Origin: Lama glama | Lineage: Eukaryota | DNA length: 64,000 bases | Assembly (NCBI GenBank): GCA_028534125.1 | Contig: CM052817.1 | Coordinates: 87,546,001 to 87,610,000 of the forward strand | Reading direction: 5' to 3' | Shown: positions 56,286-64,000 of the stretch, in pieces | Layout of the letters: every line of letters begins with the position of its first letter | How positions within the stretch are numbered: position 1 is the first letter of the stretch | Notes under the pieces: model-generated | Told to the model about the DNA's origin: nothing | What the model saw: the letters and a program-made list of their open reading frames with translations, nothing else | The model's database searches: none | Made by a program: the position numbers and the translations under genes

Positions 56286-56731
56286 TGTAAGGCATAAGCA
56301 AGTAGGCTGGCTCCGAAACTAAAGTAAAGTTTCAATGCAGGAGCAGACCAGCAGAGTTCCTGCTTGCAAAAAGCAACACCTGGCCAACTGCAATAGCCAC
56401 TGTAACCACAGGCAAGCAAGCCTAGCCAAAGACAGTTGCCCCACGCCAGTAAGCCGCTAGACGCCCCCTAACACCTTAAAGGTCACCAATGAAACTAACC
56501 ATTACCCCGTTCCCTACTCCAGCCCATTCTGCCTGATTGTTCTGTAACTCAATAAAATGCCAGGGCTGTCAGGGATCAGGAGGAGACTTGGGTCCAAGTA
56601 CTCCTAGCCTTGAGTCACGGAGACCTCCAAGTACTTGGCTGGTTGAGCTTCTTGCCCACCTCCTCCCATCCTTAACCTGTCTGGCTTGCACCTGAACTCT
56701 TGGCTCCTAGCTCTTTCTTCACGTGCATTCA
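56286..56731 (+). mobile_element. Probable solo LTR
   Basis: TGTAAGG start, raised GC/CpG content, AATAAA ~56552; AAGC on both sides (56282-56285, 56731-56734) may be a TSD. Confidence 0.5.
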
Positions 56732-57191
56732 AGCAACAGGGGACTCAATGTCCAGGAACCCGCCGGCGGTGGTCATCAGGAAACAAGGTATACCTGATTT
56801 ATTTCAAGGATCCCTGGGGATTGTTAGACTAGAGACGCTCAGAACCCAGAGGAGGCCTGATCACCCTCAGCCAGCAGAGCTATCAAACCCTGACAGGAGG
56901 CACTGGTCAGTTAGGGGCTTAGGAACTGTTCTGTTTAGCTACTAGGGTATAGCCTCCCTATCAATCCCACTGCCACATATATAGAAATAGATTCCTCATT
57001 TGTTATTTTTTATTATCTGTCACTCCCCCCAACACACACACACATACACACACACACCCACTACCAAGACCACGTCTTTAAAGTGAAAATTGCACGAAGG
57101 CAAAAATTGTGTCTAAATGAGTCACCACTATATTTGCAATGTCTATAGTAAGAGCTATCATGGAATGGGTTCTCAACACTTACGTTTTGAA

Positions 57192-57650
57192 TGTTGGCAG
57201 ACAGTACTCCGTCCATCACACACATTTGTGCACATCTTATATAAGTAGATGCACTGAGCATCTTTGTTATGGTTTAAATGATGTTTGTATAGAAAGCAGC
57301 CTTGGAAGATACTGTGTTTCTCTCTGAAGCAAAGTGCAGGTTTATTCACAGCCTTACAAGATAGAGATACTTTCTCTCTTTGGAGCACAAAGCAGGCATG
57401 CTCCTAAGTACTGGGTTACTCTCCTTTCGTGCAACCCACTGTGGGTGCAGGTGTCACCTGGATGTCCAGACATCACACTGTGGGACTTTGGGCTTGGGGA
57501 ACTGTCACAAAATAATGCTAATACGCTGGCTACTGCTATTACTGTGAGGAATAAAGTCTGTCTCTAACCCAGGAGAATCCACAGAACTGTGTCAAGATAA
57601 TTTCTCTGATTACAAGTAGGGTAATTGAATAGGACCATTGTGTCCTACAA
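57192..57650 (+). mobile_element. Solo LTR (LTR47-like)
   Basis: TGTTGGCAGACAG start, duplicated AAGATA..TCTCT..AGCAAAG..CAGG unit, AATAAAGTCTGTCTCT. Confidence 0.65.
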
Positions 57651-58614
57651 AGTCTACCACTGTGTCCAAGTCCAGCACATCAACCAGGAAGGACACAGCC
57701 TTGTCTACAGACAATCATAGTCACCTTCAGACACACAGAGTCAGACTCAGAAGACAAATCAGAAGTCCTTTTTCAACGATATCTCTTTCTTCCCCTTATC
57801 TTGTTCTTTCTATCCCCTCAGGATCCCTGGTTTATGCTCTGTCCTTCTGGTGGTCAAGACCAGCAAAAGACCCTAGTTGTTGACCCCAGATCCTGATATT
57901 CTTTCAGAAGGAGGATGTAGAAAACAAAACACATTTTTTTTCATGCTGATGTTGACTGCCTCTTTATGTCTTAAAATTTTTGAAGTAACATGATGTGTTT
58001 TCATTCATAAAGACCCTGCTGCACAAGGGGTGAAGAACAGGAAAAACAAGGGCCTGGAGGGACAGAGCTCCTGAGCCAGCCACAAAGTCATCTGAGTGAT
58101 CACAGGTGAGAGGCTGAGTTAAGAGTCTAAATAGTTTAGAGTGGTTATATATGCAAGAGGTCAAAGTGATATGTAATCTGAATTACAGTTTTTCTTAAAA
58201 TTACTGTAACATTTTTAGTACTTAATAAGAGCAACTATCTGTTGTACATACCTATGTTCAAGACATTACATTTGTACATAAAGTAATGAGCACAGAGTAA
58301 GTGCTCAACCAACAGTTTCTGTTTTTTTAAAAATTATTTTATTATTATCAGTTTTACATATTCTTGCCTATTTCATTTCTGACAACAGTCCTAAAGGAGA
58401 GCTATAATTCCCAGTGTTTTGGATTTGGAACCAGATGCAGAAACTTTAATTAAGTAAAGCAATAGAAATATAAGAAAGTGAGGATTTTAATCTATGTCTC
58501 TCTAATTTTCAGATTCATATTCCTTCCATTGTATAAACTGCATTAACTTTAAATATAGTTTTTGATGTCTCTGTAAACATGCCTGTGTCTGTTTTTTTAT
58601 TTATTTATTAAGAC

Positions 58615-59449
58615 TGAAACTGAGTACAAGCCCCCATATCCCTGTCTTTTGAAGTAAAAGCTTTTTGCTTTAGTCCCCTGGGTCTTAAAAGGCTGTCTTA
58701 ATTTGCAAATGTTAACCACTATGTATAAAAGGAGATAAAAACAAATTTCTTCTGTATAGCACAGGGAACTATATTCAACATCTTGTAATAACCGTTAATG
58801 AAAAAGAATATGAAAATGAATATATGTATGTATATGCATGACTGGGACATTATGCTGTACACCAGAAACTGACACATTGTAACTCACTATACTTCAATTA
58901 AAAAATAAATTTAAAAAAGGATGCCTCCATGTAAGAAAAAAGACTGTCTCCAGAGTTAATGATTAGGAAATATGAAGATGTAGAAACAAAGAATAGCTGT
59001 TAGTTACAATTTAGGCTATAAACCAGCCACGTAGCAGTCACTGACCCCTGAGTTCCCTTAAAGAAATAAATAAAGCTCTGGCACATTCCTAAGTTGTTTT
59101 TACAGGAAGCAGACTCCCACCAGGTGAAAACTGCTGACTGCAAGCACGTAGACCCCAGAACAGTTGTTGAATCATGATGATCGGTGATGCTGGAAATTTC
59201 ACCTTGATGCCAACCACATAATAATTGTGCATGAGCTGATCATACACAATTCAGCACTGCCCCTGCCCCCTAACATTTAAAAGCCTTTTGCCTGTACTGA
59301 GGTGTGAAGATGGTTCTTAAGGACACTAGTCTACAATCTCCTCAGTTAGCCAGCTTTCTCGAATAAAGTTGCTTTCCTTGCAGCAACATCTTGTCTCTTG
59401 ACTTATTGGCCTGTTGTGTGGTGAGTAGCCAAACCTGGGTTCAGTAACA
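58615..59449 (+). mobile_element. Solo LTR (ERV1-class) containing an L1 tail insertion
   Basis: TGAAACTGAG...TTCAGTAACA termini; TSD AGAC (58611-58614)/AGAT (59450-59453); AATAAA ~59362. Confidence 0.8.
58700..58914 (+). mobile_element. Short 5'-truncated L1 3' tail
   Basis: CTGTATAGCACAGGGAACTATATTCAA..ACTATACTTCAATTAAAAAA; degenerate TSD AAAAGGCTGTCTT/AAAAGGATGCCTC at a TT/AAAA site. Confidence 0.85.
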
Positions 59450-60114
59450 AGATCTAACTAACATATAAACTTATGTGAGTTTAATGTATACAACATGTTG
59501 ATATGAAACGTTTACACATTTATAAAGTTTACAAAACAGTATTGTTGACTATAATCTTTTATACTGTGCATTGCTAATTTTTTAAAACAATAACTAATCT
59601 ATCTTAGCAGGCATTTTGACTTCAAAAGCCAATAAAAACAAAGCTTTAAGAAATTTTCAGCTTCCATCATTGCTCTAATTTGTATTCCTACTTGTTGACT
59701 CAATCCAGTACTCATTTAGAACATCCTGTCTTCATTCTCTGTGCCTTTATTCCCGGTGTTTCTTAATTTACCTTTTCCTTATATCTTGTTACCACATCTC
59801 TTCTTCCCCTCAGCTAACTAATTAAACAATTTGCAAGACTATACTGTGTGAGTTCCTAATAGACAATGTGTCAAGGAGACATTGGAGACAAATGTATCAA
59901 CAGGCCATGGATGAGGTTTCGGGGGATTCTGGGAAGATGTGCCACTTTGATGGACAGGGACCCTGAGCTAATAAAGCCCTCAGGGATCTCCTTGACCCTC
60001 TGGAATTTTCACACTGACACAGCTGATATCCTCTCCAGCTGTTCTGTTCCCAAAGGAGATATGAGCTCATTTTATTTTATTTTTTATTTTATTTTTACCT
60101 GGAGTCCAAGCTGG

Positions 60115-60320
60115 TTTTATTTATTTGTTCATTTATTTATTTATATTGAGGTATAATTGACTTCTTAACATTTTATTTGCTTCAGTGTACAATATAATGA
60201 TTAGATATTTGTATGTATAAACCAAGAAATGAGCACCACAATAAATCCAGTTACCATCTGTCACCATACATGATTACAAAAAAATTTTTCTTTTCTAGTG
60301 ATGAGAGATTTTTAGATATA
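60115..60320 (-). mobile_element. L1 3' end fragment
   Basis: TTTATTTATATTGAGGTATAATTGAC..CACCACAATAAATCCAGTTACCATCTGTCACCATA; same type as 8980-9240. Confidence 0.8.
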
Positions 60321-60659
60321 GGCTAATTTTACATGAACCACAACATGGCCACTACTCAGAAAAACTTCAGAGATGATTCGAGAGGATAAAGAATGTGAGG
60401 AAAGAATGATGGGGGTGGGGGAGGACTGTATTCCAGAAATACAATAAACATACCAGGTATTCTATTAGGTCAACCTGAGAAAATAGGCTAATTATCTTTA
60501 TGAATTTTTCTGGGGTTGATTTTTTTCCATTTGTGAAAGGGAAATTGTTACACATGTATGAATGCAAAGTTATCTGATATAATAATGAAAGCCAACAATT
60601 ACTCAGCCATGCTCTACCATAAGCATGTTACATGAATTATCCCATTTCTTATAAAATGG

Positions 60660-60790
60660 TACATGGTAGATACTATTGTGAGCTCCATTTAAAGATGACA
60701 ACAATGAGGCACAGAGAGTTTAAATTACTTGCCTGGGGTCCTAGGAATACAAATCTTGACAACCTGACTCTACGGTCAATTCTAGTCTTG
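60660..60790 (-). mobile_element. MIR SINE relic
   Basis: CCATTTAAAGATGACAACAATGAGGCACAGAGAGTTTAAATTACTTGCC core. Confidence 0.7.
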
Positions 60791-63558
60791 ACTTCATTGG
60801 TGAGTCAGCCGTTCATTTCTGAAGGCTGTTTCTGGACAGGTAGTGGAGTGACAGTCTACTCTGTCCTTGGTTCTCTCTTGCAGCTCTCCTTTATATTTTA
60901 GCCAGTATTAGTCAACAGGCTTTGAGGCAGACACCCACTTAGTTTACCCATCTATTTGCCCTACTACCCTCCAAATGGTGCCTTAATCTTCTGTCCTCTG
61001 TTACTTGACTTGGGTCTCCCTCCGTACACTGGTGAGCCACTGAAGGCTTTCCCATGCCCGGGAGACACTTGGAGTCCTCTCTACACCCTCCACCCTCTGC
61101 CTACCTCACTCTCCTCTAGCCCAACATACTTTGCTCACTACTCCCTTAGTTTCAATCTTACTAACATTACCCTCATCTCTACTCTACGCAGAAAATGCAA
61201 ATTAGGCCAGGGCAGATGTTCAGGCCCACTTACAGTGCAGGAACACTGGGTAGCTAGAAGAATTAAGATATATAATTTCTGTTGACAGACATTCTAAGCT
61301 GTGACAACTTTCTACTGAACTTGAATTTTTATTGAATTTTTTGTTATGTGCATTTTAACATGTTTTCAACAGCTCTCCATCTATTCTTTCACTTATATAA
61401 TTTGTCTTTAAAATCATTTCAAACTCTACTTTTTCTCTAGTAAACAACTTTATTTTCTCTTCCTTTATCGATTACTAGTAGGTACTTTTGTTTAATAGAT
61501 ACTTTAATCCTTTTATGGCCATTAAAGTATTTTGAATGGTGCTTATTTCTACTCACTTCATACACATACACACACACAAATGCATTTCTTGATCATAGAC
61601 TCACTCATCTTGTATGCTACCAGTCCCATTTGTGGTGAAGACGTAAAACCCTTTCAGTAATCTAACACCCAAAGAGAAATTCTCTAGAGGTTCCTATCAT
61701 ATTTCTCTTTTGCTAATAATCTTAACATTACCTTTCCTTCTCCTGTCTATAAACCATTAATTTTAATGTCTTATCTAAGTGATATTAAGTGTTTTCTGCA
61801 ATAACAATTCATGTGGCTCACATGAAACTCACAGATGTTATAAAAAAAAGCAATATTTTGGAAAACATAGTCTAATTATTACAGTTGATATTTGTCCTTT
61901 TTTAGCATTATATAGTGATGAAATTACTTTTTTATTTTTCTTAGAAATATTAAATAAGCTTCATGACTTATTTATCAGTAGAGTAGAACAAGCTAAAAAT
62001 AGTGCTCATCATAAGACAAATGTGGAGGAACATGCTATCTTAGCTTGGAAAATAGGAGATTCATGGAGAATCTTATATTTGTTTTTAAAAAGTGAGTTTC
62101 AACTCAATCTTTTTGTTGTTAAACGGCAGGACTGGTAATAGTTACATGAGAGTCACTTAAGCATAATTTGAAGAACTTATTAAAAATTAGGGGAGTTTAA
62201 AAATGAAAATTGATTTTCTTGTGGTAACAAGTTTAAGTATTCAAGCAGAAGCTGTATAAACATATAGCAGAAATACAACAAGGAGAATTCTTTTACGTGA
62301 GGCTGGAATAAATGATTTTAGATTGATTCCTACTTTATTATTTATGCTGTAGCTTATAATTTTATGGAGGCATAACATGAAAAATTAGAATCAGTGCTTA
62401 AAATATATAAAAGTTTAAATTATACTCAGGAATGTTCCATTTCTATTGGAGGTTCTGAATATTTTCAATAGAAATATATTTTTAAAAGACTGTTAGTTAA
62501 TCAGTACATATTGTTGTTTGTTAATTCCATGATATTTCTTTCTATGTTTATAGATTTTTCAGTAAAGATCAACTATATATTTACATATTCATAGGAATAT
62601 TTTCTTTCAAAGACTGATAAAAGCAATAGCGTTAATAACTATCATTAAACTTAAATATGGCAGAAAAATCTATCTTCAGTGTTTTCTTCACTTTTAGATA
62701 CACCAGAGAGGAATGTCAATATCTGTAATTCTCAGAACCTGTATTTAAATATCTTCAGATTACTTGAGTAAATATTCTTCTTGATTTTTGCAAGGGCAAT
62801 TAGTATAATTCTTCTCTCAAGTATAGACTCTGTGTTTAGAATAATAAAACTGTTTACAAATGTATATGCATATATTTTTATACATGGTTGTTTATGTGTT
62901 ATATTTAGCTATAAGTTTGTGTGCACATTTTTATATTGAAGAGAGTTAAAAATATAGGAATTACTCAAGTGTATCTGAATGTCAAATCCTCCTGTATTTG
63001 AGGATGTGCTATTTTATGTGATTTTTTTAAATACGCATGTAAACCAGTAGTAATCAACCGAGATTGCTTTCAACAAGTATTTGTTTGGTATTTGCCAAGC
63101 ACTGTATTAAATTCTGGGAAAGAAATTATGCTAGATACAGTTCTCACCTATGGGTACAGGCAGCTTAGTGGAGAGAGGGAAACAGATACATAAATATCTA
63201 AATAAATGAGTTCCAATAAAGCATTAATGTGTATTTCTTCATTATTAGTATTTAACCACCCATTTCCAAATGTTAGTAGATACTTCTACTTCTCTCATCT
63301 ATTGTAATCACACCCAGTGCTTAGTTGAGTGATCTTGGTAAAGTAAAATATCTAAGAAATATTGTTGACTAAATGAACAGCTAAGTTACTAATGCAATAA
63401 GTTCGTATTCAGCAGGTCTGATAAAAAGTATTAATCAATCAAAATAAGTAAGGATATAGTTTTAATTGGCTAATGTATTGCAAATCGGTGGGTAGGAACA
63501 GGTGTCCAAGGATGACAGCCATGTGAAAATAGCAGAAGAACTGGGGATTCTTTACTAA

Positions 63559-63592
63559 AAATTAACACTAGGATAAATTAACACTAGGATAA
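63559..63592. repeat. Perfect 16-bp tandem duplication
   Basis: AAATTAACACTAGGAT twice. Confidence 0.92.
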
Positions 63593-64000
63593 TTTCATTA
63601 AGATAAGTCTCTTTGCCCTTTTACTCTCCTAATTAGTGAGCAAGGACTTGGATTTCATGGGGGAAAAAAGAGGGAGAGGGAGAGGGAGAAGGAGAAAAGT
63701 GCGTGAAGAAAACAATAGTACTTTAAAGTTGAAATGAGGGACCTTGAGGGAAGGGGTGATCTATGGAGATTTCATTGAAGCTACAACTCCTGGGACACCA
63801 AGGAGATGGGAAAACTGAGTGTCTGAGAAAGACTGAGTTGGTTGGGAAGGAATAGAGTACCATTACTCATCCTTTCAGTCCTAGAAGATTTTCAGCTCAA
63901 TATCCATCTCAAAGAATAAAATCTTTCCTTCCCCAATGTTTCACGAAAACGGTAAGAAAATATAGACATTGGGTTTTGTCTATGTTCATCTAACATTGAT

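Overview
This is AT-rich mammalian genomic DNA dominated by transposable elements. A tRNA-derived SINE and the L1 3' tails suggest an artiodactyl, probably a camelid; this is inference. There is one credible protein-coding gene: PABPC4L (minus strand, uninterrupted CDS 50332->49220, 370 aa, four RRMs, no MLLE domain). It lies under a CpG island (~50190-51410) and probably has a 5'UTR intron and a long 3'UTR. The rest is a gene-desert mosaic of L1 fragments, ERV1/ERVL/MaLR LTRs (several nested, with readable target-site duplications), L2/MIR/MER5 relics and microsatellites. I found no evidence for a new biological system, CRISPR array or RNA gene. The most notable observation is a decayed in-frame fossil of the parental PABPC4 linker right after the PABPC4L stop codon. 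Repeat family names are recalled from memory and need RepeatMasker/Dfam confirmation; repeat boundaries without TSDs are approximate.
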